From: a virus
Taxonomy: Duplodnaviria; Heunggongvirae; Uroviricota; Caudoviricetes
DNA length: 40,957 bases
Strand: one strand, 5' to 3'
Virus record (IMG/VR): IMGVR_UViG_2778261455_000003
Coordinates: 1 to 40,957 of that record
The position numbers were made by a program, and so were the translations under genes. Below, in pieces: positions 39,900-40,957 of this stretch (its first letter is position 1; the number at the start of each line of letters is the position of its first letter). The notes beneath the pieces were generated by a model that searched no databases, was not told the DNA's origin, and saw nothing but the letters and a program-made list of their open reading frames with translations.

Positions 39900-40375
39900 A
39901 TCATAAATTCATCGAGTTAAACAGGTGCAAAATTCTAGCATTAATGCATAGTGCGTTCAGCAATTATCTTATTCATAACCTTATTCTGGCTTCTTCGATG
40001 TGGTGATGAGACAAAACTGAGACACACAAAGCTTTGCACTGGGTTGCAAGGCTTTGTGCTATTCGATAATGGTTAGGGTGGATCACTCTGGCTTTTCATC
40101 AAGCCAGTCCGCCCACCATTGCATCATTTCTCTGCGCTTATCGAGATACTGAGCATGGTTGTAAATTCAACTAACCCAGTGCGTTGACAAAAAATTAGCG
40201 CAAGAGGACAAAAAATCACCTTGCGCTAATGCTCTGTCTCAGGTCACTAATACTATCTAAGTAGTTGATTCATAGTGACTGGATATGTTGTGTTTTGTAG
40301 CATTATGCAGTCTATTTTTTAGACTGAATTAGGTGTAACACATTGATATTATTGTCTTTTGATGTTTCGCGTTCA

Positions 40376-40390
40376 GCTTTTTTATACTAA
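40376..40390. other. attR core (GCTTTTTTATACTAA), preceded by the P arm with arm-type Int sites
   Basis: Upstream …CAGGTCACTAATACTATCTAAGTAGTTGATTCATAGTGACTGGATATGTTG… resembles the lambda attP P arm; downstream CTTGAGCGAAACGGGAAGG is the bacterial B' side. Confidence 0.85.
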
Positions 40391-40480
40391 CTTGAGCGAA
40401 ACGGGAAGGTAAAAAGACAAAAAGTTGTTTTTAATACCTTTAAGTGATACCAGATGGCATTGCGCCATCTGGCAGAGTGA

Positions 40481-40957
40481 TTAACTAAACATCGCAGTAA
40501 TCGAGGCGCTTGCCAGAGAGTGGAAATGAACGTTAAACCCGACCATCGCGCCGCTGGCACCTTCATCGACATCAATACGTTCTATATCCAGCGCGTGAAC
40601 GGTAAAAATGTAGCGATGAGTTTCGCCTTTCGGCGGTGCTGCGCCATCGTACCCGGTTTTACCAAAGTCGGTACGCGTCTGCAAAACGCCGTCTGGCATT
40701 GCTACCAGACCAGAGCCAAACCCTTGCGGTAATACGCGGGTATCAGCGGGTAAGTTAACAACTACCCAGTGCCACCAGCCGGAGCCGGTTGGCGCATCCG
40801 GGTCGTAGCAGGTGACAACAAAACTTTTCGTTCCCGCAGGAACATCATCCCACGCCAGATGCGGTGAAATATTATCGCCATCGTAACCCATGCCGTTAAA
40901 GACATGACGATGCGGCAATTTATCGCCATCGCGCAGATCGTTACTGATGAGTTTCAT
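40481..40957 (-). CDS. ybhB: YbhB-like PEBP-family protein; host gene flanking attB-lambda
   Basis: Complete 158-aa ORF MKLISNDLRDGDKLPHRHVFNGMGYDGDNISPHLAWDDVPAGTKSF…, recognised as E. coli YbhB. Confidence 0.85.
   Translation of the reverse strand: MKLISNDLRDGDKLPHRHVFNGMGYDGDNISPHLAWDDVPAGTKSFVVTCYDPDAPTGSGWWHWVVVNLPADTRVLPQGFGSGLVAMPDGVLQTRTDFGKTGYDGAAPPKGETHRYIFTVHALDIERIDVDEGASGAMVGFNVHFHSLASASITAMFS

Overview
The window is one complete lambdoid prophage of about 39 kb, integrated at the lambda attachment site between the host genes ybhC (1..1284, -) and ybhB (40481..40957, -). It is bounded by two direct copies of the 15-bp core GCTTTTTTATACTAA (attL 1331..1345, attR 40376..40390). 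All protein identities below come from reading the translations against remembered reference sequences; no database search was run. The prophage is a mosaic: lambda-type int/xis and att arms; a leftward early operon with RecT, Gp157-like, Kil-like, cIII-like and N-like genes plus many small unknown ORFs; a lambda-like but distinct immunity region (cI, cro, cII, operators, nut sites); O plus a DnaC-like loader with iterons inside O; a nin region carrying an inserted cytosine methyltransferase and YbcO/RusA; lambda-type Q, pR' and S-R-Rz/Rz1; then a P22-type packaging, head, ejection and tailspike module; and at the right end an orphan Mnt repressor and an AT-rich O-antigen acyltransferase. No rRNA, tRNA, CRISPR array or transposase was recognised. 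The best candidates for undescribed biology are the unannotated moron positions: a small membrane protein co-transcribed with cI, the string of small ORFs between cIII and N, the methyltransferase insertion, and the Mnt/tailspike/acyltransferase end module.
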